A stretch of 64,000 nucleotides of DNA, taken from Chrysomallon squamiferum. Taxonomy: Eukaryota > Animalia > Mollusca. Made by a program: the position numbers and the translations under genes. Shown piece after piece: positions 50,601 to 64,000 of this stretch; position 1 is the first letter of the stretch; every line of letters starts with the position of its first letter. A model generated the notes under the pieces. It saw only the letters and a list, made by a program, of their open reading frames with translations, did not search any database and was not told the DNA's origin. The stretch lies in contig CM022669.1 in assembly GCA_012295275.1 (NCBI GenBank), forward strand, positions 5,270,001 to 5,334,000. The letters run 5' to 3'.

Positions 50601-53600
50601 ATTAATGATCATAATATATGTGCATATTGGAAAGAAAAACAAATGCATAATAAAAGAGATGATAATTTTAATTAATGTAAATTTCATGTTATTGTTTGTA
50701 TAAAATTGAATAATGGTGTTCAAAATGTGTGATGAATAAACATAAAAATGTGTAAACGTGTTTCTTAAAGAAGACAGCAGTTTTTTTCTGATATATATAT
50801 ATTTTTAATTACATTTTCTTTCTTTTGCTTATCATAGGCTGCTGATGGGTTTCTATTTGTTGTGCAGTGTGACACAGGACGTATTATATATGTTTCAGAC
50901 TCTGTAACACCTGTATTAAACCAGTCTCAGGTATGTTGAAATGACACCTTAAGTATTTATAAAGCATTGTGAATCATCATTTAAACTATTGTTATTTTCA
51001 AATGCTTTGTTAATATTAAATATTTTATCATAATTTACATTCATATTTAATAATAATATCGTATTAATTTATTTCATATTTTATAAAAAGATTGTATTAA
51101 TTAATATTCACCCTGTATAATAATGTTTTAAATTACATTCACAATATAAAGCAGTGCATTACATTACTAGCATATGGTATTATATAATAATAATAACAAT
51201 AATGTATTAATTTATATTATATAACACTATTGTGTTGCAGTCTGACTGGTTTGGTAATGTCCTGTATGAGCTAGTTCACCCAGATGATGTGGAGAAAGTT
51301 CGTGAACAGTTGTCTACCTCTGAGTCTCAGAACACGGGCCGCATCCTTGATCTAAAGAGTGAGGCATTTCTAAACTGTTTTATTCACAGTCTTTCTAAAT
51401 CACTTTCTTTTACATAAATCTTAGTTTTAATTTTTTAGTTTGCATGTGAAGTTATTTTTCAACCCACTGGCTTTATCCAACGGTGTTACTTTCAGAATTA
51501 CTTTCATATTTTTTTAATGTAACTTTCATTCATTGTCCAAGCAAAAACATTTAAAATTTTTATTATTATTTTGGAATAAAGTAAAACTGACTTGATAAGC
51601 AACATTTTAATTTGTATGTTTTTACAGTAATTATTTGGATAACAATATGAAAAAAATGTGATCACTTTCTTTTTAAAAGTCCATAAGTAGTAAAATAAGT
51701 GTAATTTTTTATTCCATGTAAATTAATTTTATATTATAGTTTTTTAATTTTTTAAATTTGCAGCTGGAACGGTCAAGAAGGAAGGACATCAATGTAAGTT
51801 TTTGTCTCTGACCTTGATATTTAATTCATATTTGAGTAATTATATAGAGAGGTATTCAGTTTTATGAAGAGTAGTATATTGCAAGAGTCTGATTTTTGCT
51901 CCTAGACAAATATTTAAGTGGCATATGCTTTAATATGTGCTATTATCTCTCTCTCTCTGTTAAAATAATTTTACTATTCATTGTTTGCAGCTTCTATTCG
52001 CCTGTGTATGGGATCTCGAAGAGGTTTTATTTGTCGAATGCGGATGGGTAATGTTCAACTTGATCCAATGACAGCAAACCACAGTGTAAGAATGAGACAG
52101 CGCAACCCACTGGGCCCATCAAATGATGGCAACCATTACTGTGTGGTGCATGTAACAGGCTACATAAAAAACTGGCCTCCATCAGGTATACTGACATTTT
52201 GTTTTTATTTCTGATTTTGTAGAAGATGTAAAATATTATTGTCCTAATCTTAATATCATTAAACTGTTGCAAAACTTTGTAATGTTTAAATTTACCTATT
52301 GTGTTCTATGATAAATTGAATTATTCTACTTCTGTTTCTGAGAATATATTTATCAACATGTAAAGCTATTTTTATTTGCATATATAGTTATATTCACAAA
52401 TCTTAAGGCACTGTTTATTGTGAATAGAGCAGTATTTTATTGTTCCTTTTTTCTTTTCTTTTTTATAATGTCAGCATCCTACAATTCAGTTCTACTTTGT
52501 CTGTTCTACTCTATTTTACATATTTTAGGAGTTCCTATAGAGCGCAGTGACACAGATGAACATGGAGGCAGTCACTGTTGTTTGGTTGCTATAGGGAGAC
52601 TTCAAGTAAGAGCTGGTTTTTTAAACAAGTTTGTCAGTCTTCCAAGTACTTAATTGCCCTTTTATAAAAATTAACAGAGATAAATGAATTAACTTTTCAG
52701 CATTTTCATCAGTGATGTGGTTAGTTTTCTTTAAAAAAAATCAACAACATAAAGTATATTGAAATAAGCATCACTTTACTGAATCATTTCATTGCTTATT
52801 TTTTTCTGAAAGTATTTCTGAAAAAGACATGACTTATTATGGGTAAAGATGCTTTTCATTCTCTTGTAATTTACATCAGAGAAAACGCTGCACCAAAGTT
52901 TATCTGGAAAATTACGTGCAACACAAAGAATTGCATGAAAAAGAAGAAAGATTTGCCAGCAAAATTCTGTTGCCAAATTAATTCTAATATAAAAATTCCA
53001 AGTATTTCTTCCAGAAGTAAATGTTACGTTTATTACTTTGGATTAGTACTTTTCACATTTATCCATAAATAAATGCATTCTTGATATTTAGAATTAAGAT
53101 TTTTCAGGATTTATTGAATTTGTTGTTTTATTAACAAGTTATTTCCCTTTACCTGGATTTTATGTTCACATATTTGTATGCTTATATTAAATGTTTTTAA
53201 AAGTTGAAATTCTAAACTTAAATAATAGTTTTAATTTACAAAAAAAAGAATTTAAAAATTTAAATTAAGAAACAGATTGTAGATATAAGTAATAGTTCAT
53301 TTAGTTAATTAATTTCAACAGCATGTAACTTTTTAATATTTATTATTTGTTTTTAGATATTTACAAATGTTAGTTTTGTATCTTTTAAGGATGTCATCCA
53401 GTTTGTTTATATGATAATCTTTCATCTGTTATATATATATATACATACACATACAAAATAAACATATTTTTTTCTCTTTTCTTTTGCATAAATAGTTTTA
53501 ATGCTATTTATGGGTTTTATTCTTATTGTTCATGTAGTCACTTAAGCGGCATCAATATTTAAGTAAATAAATAAATAAATAAATAAATACTGGTCTCTAC

Positions 53601-55303
53601 TACTTCATAAGATGAATTTCAAAATGTTCAATCTCTATTAAGGTGAGATTAGTTTTAGACTGTTTGCTGATGTTAATTGTGTTTGTTTTAGGTGACCAGT
53701 ACACCTAACTGTAGTGACATGATGGGGCCAAATGCAGCTACAGAATTTATCTCAAGGCATTGTGTTGATGGCAAATTTACTTTTGTTGACCAAAGGTAAA
53801 GTTACTGTTCATAGTAATTGTAAACCCTGACTTCAAAAAAAAAAAAAAAAAAACCAAAAGAAAATTCAGAAATATAAATTGTATTTGCAGTATTTATGAA
53901 AGTTTATTTTCAAAGCTTATTTTTACCATGGAAAGTATTCATCTTGTACTAACTTGTTACCTTAACAAGGCACATTTATAGTTGGAGCGGTATTTTGTTA
54001 TTTTATAAACTGCACATTAATAAAATGTGGAAACATTTACATGTTACAGAGTGACAGCCGTTCTGGGATATCAGCCTCAAGATTTGCTGGGCAAATCAGC
54101 GTTTGATTTTTACCACCCTGAAGATCAGAGTCATATGAAAGAGACATTTGATCAAGGTATCATGCTTGCGAAAGAAATTATTTACAAATTTAGAATTAAC
54201 TGAAGGACATGCTTTGTTAATAAAGTAAAGAAGAAAATATTATTTGGATTACTTTGTACAATAAAAGTTAAATCTTCAGTGTTGTTGAAAAAGTCCTAAA
54301 ATTCCTACAACAGGAATTCATTTAAAAAAAAAAAAAAACCTTACTGCACATTGTGCAAAACAATATTATTATAAAACATTTATACTAAACCAGTTTATAA
54401 AAACTTTATTTTAGAATAATTTGGAAAGTTTTTGTTTTAAATAGTGCTGAAGTTAAAAGGTCAGGTCATGTCAATTATGTACCGTTTCCGGGCATCCAAT
54501 CGAGAGTGGGTGTGGCTTAGAACAAGCAGTTTCAGTTTTCAGAACCCATACACAGATGAAGTAGAGTACATTGTTTGTACAAACTCCTCAGCAAAGTAAG
54601 CAGATTTATACCTGAAACAAAATGGTCTTTGTTTTCTAGCATCTTTGTCTGATGCAGTTTTTGTAAAGCATTGTTCATGCTATATTCCATTTGAATTTTT
54701 ATTATCAGTGTGTTGAAAATGATTCTGTTTATAAAATAGAATGACTGTGCTTGTTATTTTTCTTTCAGAAAATTAAATATCTATCTAAAATAATATCTAT
54801 ATAAAAATGTATTTTTCCTAGGGATTAGTCTTTTTGTTTTTTAATTTTAAAAAGATTTTTAAAAGTATAGCTATATTCATTATGTATTTACTTATCAGTT
54901 ATATAGCAGGTTCTGCTCAAATGTGTAAAACAAGTTTTAAAATGTCTCTTTGCATAGGGGAGTACAGCAAGGCGGAGCCTCAGCCCTTCCAGCAGTTGAC
55001 CAGGCATCTGATTCGGGTGTCATCAATTCATTTCCAGCTGCCCGACCCATGCACCAGGAACACATGGTGATCAGCAGCGGCAGTGGCAAGTCGGACTACC
55101 GTGACAACAGCTACCATGGAGCTGACATGTACAGGACTGTCCAGCCTGAGGTGTTCGGTTCGTACCAGCAGTCAGGGGGTGTCAAATATCCGAGTCTGTC
55201 CACCCAGAACAACATGGGTATGTCCCAGTCAGTCAACTCAATGAGACGCAGCCCGTCACAGACCACTAGTGGCTGGACAGCACAGGGATATCCCAGACCA
55301 GAG
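44056..55303 (+). CDS. ARNT: ARNT / HIF-1beta / tango bHLH-PAS transcription factor, 3'-incomplete; exons 44056-44095, 46361-46409, 46737-46811, one of [48123-48280 | 48605-48762 | 49152-49309], 50415-50494, 50838-50930, 51241-51358, 51764-51793, 51991-52185, 52529-52605, 53692-53795, 54050-54156, 54445-54595, 54958-55303
   Basis: The spliced frame stays open for 541 codons: [29 protein letters not shown]...[20 protein letters not shown]...[36 protein letters not shown] (PAS-A)...[15 protein letters not shown]...[18 protein letters not shown] (PAS-B)...[17 protein letters not shown]. These are diagnostic ARNT motifs, and all introns are GT-AG with matching phases. Confidence 0.96.
48123..48280 (+). 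CDS. ARNT: ARNT bHLH exon, alternative A (158 nt)
   Basis: tttttag|G GAA AGC CAC...CTG CGA G|gtgatg; [52 protein letters not shown]. Confidence 0.88.
48356..48375 (+). promoter_or_regulatory. Putative RNA selector element after exon A
   Basis: attctgtcacccttggttcc pairs with ggaaccaggggtgtcagaat (49675-49694): 18 Watson-Crick pairs, 1 G-U and 1 U-U mismatch. Confidence 0.75.
48605..48762 (+). CDS. ARNT: ARNT bHLH exon, alternative B (158 nt)
   Basis: ttttgcag|A GAG AGT CAT...CTA AAA G|gtgccg; [52 protein letters not shown]. Confidence 0.88.
48796..48845 (+). promoter_or_regulatory. Putative RNA selector element after exon B
   Basis: cacccttgttaatt (48796-48809) is the perfect complement of aattaacaagggtg (49692-49705). 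ttccaacaaaagctgt (48830-48845) pairs 15/16 with acagcttttgatggaa (49663-49678). taccttt (48823-48829) pairs with aggggtg using G-U pairs. Confidence 0.78.
49152..49309 (+). CDS. ARNT: ARNT bHLH exon, alternative C (158 nt; closest to canonical ARNT)
   Basis: tttccag|G GAG AGT CAT...CTT CGA G|gtgaca; [52 protein letters not shown]. Not in the ORF track. Confidence 0.93.
49663..49707 (+). promoter_or_regulatory. Putative shared RNA docking site downstream of the bHLH exon cluster
   Basis: acagcttttgatggaaccaggggtgtcagaattaacaagggtgct is a GC-richer island complementary to both selectors, with overlapping footprints. Confidence 0.78.
50172..50345 (+). mobile_element. Degenerate tRNA-derived / Meta-like SINE relic
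   Basis: An A-box-like tagctcagtgatgag is followed by gtgactggtttatcaaa and ccctgcttatc...agagtggcaggc..caggtttcttc, resembling the SINE core. Confidence 0.35.
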
Positions 55304-55589
55304 GTCAGTAATAATTAATTTAGCAACACGCAGGAGATTTCTTCAAAATAGTAACAAAATGTACATTAGAAACCTCTTTTATAATTAATAGCCAATATCT
55401 GAAGTATTTGTGATATCTCAGAACAGATGTTTCTATTAATTAAAAGGTAACATAGATAATAGTTGAAACGTCTGTGATATTCCAGAACTGGATGTTAGTA
55501 TTTATTAATTGATATATATATAACAACTGAAAACTCATAATAAGTCAGAGTAATACGCTTATTATCATAACTGAGTCAAAATACCCATT

Positions 55590-58500
55590 GAAGATTTTAG
55601 ATAATTAACAAGATTTTGAAATAGAATTATATTGAAGTCAAAACTATTTTCAAATACTATTTATTATCATAAAATTATTTAAAAATGTTGTTTTTGTTTC
55701 ATGTGTGTGTGTGTGTGTGAATGTTTGTCTGTCTGTCTGTATATTTTATATTTGATATTTCATTTAATACTTTTCTCACGCTAAAACAGATAAGAATTCT
55801 TGCATTTCTGTATGTTTAAACTACATGTTGCTATGGAAGCAGCAGCTGTCAAGTTGTGAACTCAAATGAACAAAATTCATGATGACGAACATGAAATTGA
55901 TTTTTATCAAAATAAAGCTACTAAAATGTTTGTATCTTGGTAACTACAACAGTGACTGTCTGTGTGGTTAACCAGCGTCATTGAACATTTTAGATAAATA
56001 AATTATGGATTTTGGAAGACATCTAAATATTATTAAAACTTTCTTATAGAATTATATTGAAATCAAAACTGTTTTCAAATACTATTAATTCTGTAATTAG
56101 TAAATTAAATTTTGTTTTTATGAGTATGGGTTTTGGGGAGGGTTTAGTATGATTAGTTTTATATGAATGATAAAAGAACATTTTAAAAAAAAAGTCACAG
56201 TTTAATTTGTTCGCTGTTGTTATATATGTGTTTGTATCTGTGTATTGTTTACAGTTATTCAGTTAGTTTTGATACTTGTCTCAACCTAAGAAGATGTTAA
56301 TGGAAGTATGTTTCAGTATTGCTCACACATACATCTCAAAACATCTCATTAATTAATATGATAAGAATTAGATTTTTAGGGTCCCTAACCTTTACAGATT
56401 TCTTGCGTTTTACATGTTTAAACTACATGTTGCTATGGAAGCAGCTGCCATCATGTTTGTGAGCACAGATGAACAAAATTCATGATGACGAACATGAGAT
56501 TGATTTTTATCAAAATAAAATTTACTAGAATGTCTGTATCTTGGTAACCACAACAGTGACTGTCTGTGTGGTCATCCTTCATCATTGAACATTTTAGATA
56601 AATAGTTTTTTGAAGACATCTTAGATTTCAGAATAAAACCACCAATATTATTAGAACATTTCTAGTATAATTATATTAAAATCAAAACCATTTTCAAATA
56701 GATTGTTATTGTTATAATTAGTCAATTAATTATTTTGTTATTTATGAGAACTTACATTTTTTTTGGGAGGGTTTAGTCTGATTAGTTTTATGAAATTAAT
56801 TGTGAATGATAAAAGAAAATTTAAAAATAAATTCAGTTTAATTGTTCACTGTTCATATATTGATGTTTGCGTGGGTGTATATTTTACAATTTTGATGTAG
56901 ATATTTTACTATTTAGTCAGTTTTGATACTTGTCTCAACCTAAGAAGATGTTAATGGAAGTATGTTTCAGTATTGCTCACACATACATCTCAAAACATCT
57001 CATGAGTTAATATGATAATAATTAGATTTTTAGGGTCCCTAACCATTACAGATTTCTTGCGTTTTACATATTTAAACTATATGTGGCTATGGAAGCAGCT
57101 GCCATCATGTTTGTGAGCTCAGATGAACAAAATTCATGATGACGAACATGAGACTGATTTTTATCAAAATGAAACTAGAATGTCTATATCTTGGTAACAA
57201 CAACAGTGACTGTCTGTGTGGTCATCCTTCATCATTGAACATTTTAGATAAATAATGTTTTGGCTTTTGGAATAAAACACCAATATTATTAAAAATTTCT
57301 AGTATAATTATACTGAAATCAAAACTATTTTCAGATAGATTATTTGTCTTATAATTAGTAAATTAATTATTTACTAGAATTTAATTGGTTTTTAGGTGGG
57401 GGTTTTTATTATTATTTTTTAGAATGGGTAGTTTTGTGGGATTAATGCTGTGAATGATAAAATAATTTAAAAAAAAGTCAGTTTAATTGTTGACTGTTGG
57501 TGTATTTTTACAGTTTTGATGTAGATATTTTACTATTTTGTTTTGATATTTGTCTCAACCTTTAAAAGATGTTCATGGAAATATGGTGCAATATTGCTCA
57601 CACACATATCTCAAAACTTCACAATAATTAATATAAGATTTCTTGCATTTGTACGTGTTTAAAACACATGTTGCTATGGAAGCAGCTGCCATACTATTTA
57701 TGAGCTCACATGAACAAAATTCATGATGACGAACAAGACACTATTTTTCATCAAAATAAAGCTTCTAAGATTTTTGTATCTTGGTAACCACAACAGCGAC
57801 TGTCTGTGTGGTCATCCTGCATCATTGAACATTTTAGATAAATAATTTTTGGAAGACATCTTAGATTTCAGAATAAAACCACCAATATTGTTAACATTTC
57901 TAGTATAATTATATTGAAATAAAAACCATTTTCAAATAGATTGTTATTGTTATAATTAGTAAATTAATTATTTTGTTATTTATGAGAACTTATGGGTTTT
58001 TGGGGAGGGTTTAGTATGATTAGTTTTATGAAATTAATTGTGAATGATAAAAGAAAATTTAAAAATAAATTCACAGTTTAATTGTTCACTGTTCATATAT
58101 TGATGTTTGCGTGGGTGTATATTTTACAGTTTTGATGTAGATATTTTACTATTTAGTCAGTTTTGAAACTGGTCTCAACCTAACAAAGATGTTATTAGAA
58201 GTATAGTACAATATTGCTCCCACCTACGTCTCAAAACATCTCACTAATTAATATATTACAAATTAGATTTATGTATAGGTCCTTAAACATATTCCCATTA
58301 CCGATTTCTTGCATTTCTACATGTTTAAGCTACATGTTGCTGTGGAAGCAGTTGCCATCGTGTTTATAAGCTCACATGAACAAATTCATGGTGACGAACA
58401 TGAGATTGATTTTTGTAAAAATAAAATTTACTAGAATGTCTGTATCTTGGTAACCACAACAGTGACTGTCTGTGTGGTCATCCTTCATCATTGAACATTT

Positions 58501-61500
58501 TAGATAAATAGTTTTTTGAAGACATCTTAGATTTCGGAATAAAACCACCAATATTATTAGAACATTTCTAGTATAATTATATTAAAATCAAAACCATTTT
58601 CAAATAGATTGTTATTGTTATAATTAGTCAATTAATTATTTTGTTATTTATGAGAACTTACGTTTTTTTTGGGAGGGTTTAGTCTGATTAGTTTTATGAA
58701 ATTAATTGTGAATGATAAAAGAAAATTTAAAAATAAATTCAGTTTAATTGTTCACTGTTCATATATTGATGTTTGCGTGGGTGTATATTTTACAATTTTG
58801 ATGTAGATATTTTACTATTTAGTCAGTTTTGATACTTGTCTCAACCTAAGAAGATGTTAATGGAAGTATGTTTCAGTATTGCTCACACATACATCTCAAA
58901 ACATCTCATGAGTTAATATGATAAGAATTAGATTTTTAGGGTCCCTAACCATTACAGATTTCTTGCGTTTTACATATTTAAACTATATGTGGCTATGGAA
59001 GCAGCTGCCATCATGTTTGTGAGCTCAGATGAACAAAATTCATGATGACGAACATGAGATTGATTTTTATCAAAATAAAACTAGAATGTCTATATCTTGG
59101 TAACAACAACAGTGACTGTCTGTGTGGTCATCCTTCATCATTGAACATTTTAGATAAATAATGTTTTGGCTTTTGGAATAAAACACCAATATTATTAAAA
59201 ATTTCTAGTATAATTATACTGAAATCAAAACTATTTTCAGATAGATTATTTGTCTTATAATTAGTAAATTAATTATTTACTAGAATTTAATTGGTTTTTA
59301 GGTGGGGGTTTTTATTATTATTTTTTAGAATGGGTAGTTTTGTGGGATTAATGCTGTGAATGATAAAATAATTTAAAAAAAAGTCAGTTTAATTGTTGAC
59401 TGTTGGTGTATTTTTACAGTTTTGATGTAGATATTTTACTATTTTGTTTTGATATTTGTCTCAACCTTTAAAAGATGTTCATGGAAATATGGTGCAATAT
59501 TGCTCACACACATATCTCAAAACTTCACAATAATTAATATAAGATTTCTTGCATTTGTACGTGTTTAAAACACATGTTGCTATGGAAGCAGCTGCCATAC
59601 TATTTATGAGCTCACATGAACAAAATTCATGATGACGAACAAGACACTATTTTTCATCAAAATAAAGCTTCTAAGATTTTTGTATCTTGGTAACCACAAC
59701 AGCGACTGTCTGTGTGGTCATCCTGCATCATTGAACATTTTAGATAAATAATTTTTGGAAGACATCTTAGATTTCAGAATAAAACCACCAATATTGTTAA
59801 CATTTCTAGTATAATTATATTGAAATAAAAACCATTTTCAAATAGATTGTTATTGTTATAATTAGTAAATTAATTATTTTGTTATTTATGAGAACTTATG
59901 GGTTTTTGGGGAGGGTTTAGTATGATTAGTTTTATGAAATTAATTGTGAATGATAAAAGAAAATTTAAAAATAAATTCACAGTTTAATTGTTCACTGTTC
60001 ATATATTGATGTTTGTGTGGGTGTATATTTTACAGTTTTGATGTAGATATTTTACTATTTAGTCAGTTTTGAAACTTGTCTCAACCTAACAAAGATGTTA
60101 TTAGAAGTATAGTACAATATTGCTCCCACCTACGTCTCAAAACATCTCACTAATTAATATATTACAAATTAGATTTATGTATAGGTCCTTAAACATATTC
60201 CCATTACCGATTTCTTGCATTTCTACATGTTTAAGCTACATGTTGCTGTGGAAGCAGTTGCCATCGTGTTTATAAGCTCACATGAACAAATTCATGGTGA
60301 CGAACATGAGATTGATTTTTGTAAAAATAAAGCTACTAAAATATTTGTATCTTGGTAACTACAACAGTGACTGTCTGTGTGGTTAACCTGCGTCATTGAA
60401 CATTTTAAATAAATAAATTATGGATTTTGGAAGACATCTAAATATTATTAAAACTTTCTTGTAGAATTATATTGAAATCAAAACTGTTTTCAAATACGAT
60501 TAATTCTGTAATTAGTAAATTAATTATTTATTTTATTTAATTGGTTTTTTGTTTTTTATTATTTTTTTAGAATGGTTAGTTTTTTGGGATGAATGCTGTG
60601 AAAAAAATAATTTTAAAAAAGTCAGTTTAATTGTTGACTGTTGGTATATTTTTACAGTTTTGATGTAGATATTTTACAGTTATTTTGTTTTGATATTTGT
60701 CTCAACCTTTAAAAGATGTTAATGGAAGTATGTTTCAGTATTGCTCACACATACATCTCAAAACATCTCATTAATTAATATGATAAGAATTAGATTTTTA
60801 GGGTCCCTAACCATTACAGATTTCTTGCGTTTTACATGTTAAAACTATATGTGGCTATGGAACCAGCTGCCATCATGTTTGTGAGCACAGATGAACAAAA
60901 TTCATGATGATGAATCAAGCATTTATTTTTATCAAAATAAAACTACTAGAATGTCTGTATCTTGGTAACAACAACAGTGACTGTCTGTGTGGTCATCCTT
61001 CATCATTGAACATATTAGATAAATAATTTTTGGAAGACATCTTAGATTTCAGAATAAAACCACCAATATTATTAAAAAATTTCTATTATAATTATATTAA
61101 AATAAAAACAATTTTCAAATAGATTGTTATTGATATAATTAGTAAATTAATTATTTTGTTATTTATGAGAACTTACGATTTTTTTGGGAGGGTTTAGTAT
61201 GATTAGTTTTATGAAATTAATGCTGTGAATGGTAAAAGAAAATTTAGAAAGAAATTCACAGTTTAATTGTTCACTGTTCATATATTGATGTTTGCGTGGG
61301 TGTATATTTTACAGTTTTGATGTAGATATTTTACTATTTAGTCAGTTTTGAAACTTGTCTCAACCTAACAAAGATGTTATTTTGGAAGTATGGTACAACA
61401 TTGCTCCCACCTACGTCTCAAAACATCTCACTAATTAATATATTACAAATTAGATTTATGTATAGGTCCTTAAACATATTCCCATTACCGATTTCTTGCA

Positions 61501-64000
61501 TTTCTACATGTTGCTTTGGAAGCAGTTGCCATCATGTTTATAAGCTCACGTGAACAAAATTCATGATGACGAACATGAGATTGATTTTTATCAAAATAAA
61601 ACTACTAGAATGTCTATATCTTGGTAACAACAACAGTGACTGTCTGTGTGGTACTCCTTCATCATTGAACATTTTAGATAAATAATGTTTTGGCTTTTGG
61701 AATAAAACACCAATATTATTAAAAATTTCTAGTATAATTATATTGAAATCAAAACTATTTTCAGATAGATTATTTGTCTTATAATTAGTAAATTAATTAT
61801 TTACGAGAATTTAATTGGTTTTTAGGTGGGGGTTTTTATTATTATTTTTTAGAATGGGTAGTTTTGTGGGATTAATGCTGTGAATGATAAAATAATTTTT
61901 AAAAAAATGTCAGTTTAATTGTTGACTGTTGGTTTATTTTTACATTTTTGATGTAGATATTCTTTTACTATTTAGTTTTGATATTTGTCTCAACCTTTAA
62001 AAGATGTTCATGGAAGTATGGTGCAATATTGCTCACACACATATCTCAAAACTTCACAATAATTAAAATGATAAGATTTCTTGCATTTGTATGTGTTTAA
62101 AACACATGTTGCTATAGAAGCAGCTGCCATCCTATTTATGAGCTCACATGAACAAAATTCATGATGACGAACAAGACACTATTTTTCATCAAAATAAAGC
62201 TTCTAAGATTTTTGTATCTTGGTAACCACAACAGCGACTGTCTGTGTGGTCATCCTGCATCATTGAACATTTTAGATAAATAATTTTTGGAAGACATCTT
62301 AGATTTCAGAATAAAACCATCAATATTATTAAAAAAATTCTGTTATATTAAAATAAAAACCATTTTCAAATAGATTGTTATTGTTATAATTAGTAAATTA
62401 ATTATTTTGTTATTTATGAGAACTTATGGGTTTTTGGGGAGGGTTTAGTATGATTAGTTTTATGAAATTAATTGTGAATGATAAAAGAAAATTTAAAAAT
62501 AAATTCACAGTTTAATTGTTCACTGTTCATATATTGATGTTTGTGTGGGTGTATATTTTACAGTTTTGATGTAGATATTTTACTATTTAGTCAGTTTTGA
62601 AACTTGTCTCAACCTAACAAAGATGTTATTAGAAGTATAGTACAATATTGCTCCCACCTACGTCTCAAAACATCTCACTAATTAATATATTACAAATTAG
62701 ATTTATGTATAGGTCCTTAAACATATTCCCATTTCTGATTTCTTGCATTTCTACATGTTTAAGCTACATGTTGCTGTGGAAGCAGTTGCCATCGTGTTTA
62801 TAAGCTCACATGAACAAATTCATGGTGACGAACATGAGATTGATTTTTGTAAAAATAAAGCTACTAAAATATTTGTATCTTGGTAACTACAACAGTGACT
62901 GTCTGTGTGGTTAACCTGCGTCATTGAACATTTTAAATAAATAAATTATGGATTTTGGAAGACATCTAAATATTATTAAAACTTTCTTGTAGAATTATAT
63001 TGAAATCAAAACTGTTTTCAAATACTATTAATTCTGTAATTAGTAAATTAATTATTTTATTTAAGAGATTTTTGTTTTTGTTTTTTTATAGTGGTTAGTT
63101 TTATGAATGATAAAAGAACATTTTAAAAAAGTCACAGTTTAATTGTTCGCTGTTGGTATATATGTGTTTGCATCTGTGTATTGTTTACAGTTATTCAGTT
63201 AGTTTTGATACTTGTCTGAATCTAAGAAGATGTTAATGGAAGTATGTTTCAGTATTGCTCACACATACATCTCAAAACATCTCATTAATTAATATGATAA
63301 GAATTAGATTTTTAGGGTCCCTAACCATTACAGATTTCTTGCGTTTTACATGTTTAAACTATATGTGGCTATGGAACCAGCTGCCATCATGTTTGTGAGC
63401 ACAGATGAACAAAATTCATGATGATGAATTAAGCATTTATTTTTATCAAAATAAAACTACTAGAATGTCTGTATCTTGGTAACAACAACAGTGACTGTCT
63501 GTGTGGTCATCCTTCATCATTGAACATATTAGATAAATAATTTTTGGAAGACATCTTAGATTTCAGAATAAAACCACCAATATTATTAAAAAATTTCTAT
63601 TATAATTATATTAAAATAAAAACAATTTTCAAATAGATTGTTATTGATATAATTAGTAAATTAATTATTTTGTTATTTATGAGAACTTATGATTTTTTTG
63701 GGAGGGTTTAGTATGATTAGTTTTATGAAATTAATGCTGTGAATGGTAAAAGAAAATTTAGAAAAAAATTCACAGTTTAATTGTTCACTGTTCATATATT
63801 GATGTTTGCGTGGGTGTATATTTTACAGTTTTGATGTAGATATTTTACTATTTAGTCAGTTTTGAAACTTGTCTCAACCTAACAAAGATGTTATTTTGGA
63901 AGTATGGTACAACATTGCTCCCACCTACGTCTCAAAACATCTCACTAATTAATATATTACAAATTAGATTTATGTATAGGTCCTTAAACATATTCCCATT
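55590..64000. repeat. Intronic tandem array of ~585-670-bp units (13 complete cores, truncated by the window end) with higher-order structure
   Basis: Unit starts (ttcttgc) at ~55797, 56399, 57052, 57638, 58304, 58959, 59545, 60211, 60821, 61492, 62077, 62739 and 63335. Every unit contains gactgtctgtgtggt. Near-identical blocks recur at offsets of ~1907 and ~2515-2530 bp. Confidence 0.95.

Noticed and set aside
55304-55318. ARNT ending by read-through at TAA 55316-55318 (…PEVSNN*)
   Set aside because: A good donor GAG|gtcagt at 55303/55304 and the lack of a typical C-terminal activation tail suggest further exons beyond the window. It cannot be excluded as a minor isoform.
55879-55990. C/D-box snoRNA, IRE (CAGUGA loop) or hammerhead in the array core
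   Set aside because: ATGATGA has no consistent downstream CTGA box, the stem under CAGTGA does not fit the IRE 5-bp stem, and there is no CUGANGA/GAAA three-stem core.
56376-56550. Array units as tandem coding exons of ARNT (ctaac...ttacag acceptor-like signal; MNKIHDDEHEIDFYQNK-like frame)
   Set aside because: All frames hit stops within ~30 codons, units differ by frameshifting indels, and the AG is lost in several units.
55590-64000. CRISPR-like array (conserved repeat plus variable spacer)
   Set aside because: The context is a eukaryotic intron, the units are ~600 bp, the 'spacers' are homologous to each other and there are no cas genes.

Overview
AT-rich, microsatellite-rich, spliced animal DNA. 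It is probably molluscan, since it carries relics resembling Meta-domain SINEs. Three genes are visible. (1) A small two-exon gene for an uncharacterised 106-aa protein (+, 1764-2648). (2) A Homer gene (-, EVH1 plus coiled coil; 8 well-supported coding exons 27557->8750 and several candidate alternative first exons up to ~43.5 kb). (3) Head-to-head with it, an ARNT/HIF-1beta bHLH-PAS gene (+, from 44056) that runs off the window inside an intron holding a >8 kb tandem array of ~590-670-bp units. The main result: the ARNT bHLH exon occurs as three intact, paralogous 158-nt copies (48123-48280, 48605-48762, 49152-49309). They share an identical basic region but differ in the HLH dimerisation helices, and reading-frame arithmetic means only one can be included. 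The introns after exons A and B each hold a 'selector' complementary to one shared, overlapping 'docking' site at 49663-49707. Further helices could mask exon C's donor and link the upstream exon to B/C. This suggests a Dscam/14-3-3zeta-style competing RNA-structure switch that picks the dimerisation surface of ARNT. All splicing and structure claims come from sequence inspection only; no RNA data were available.
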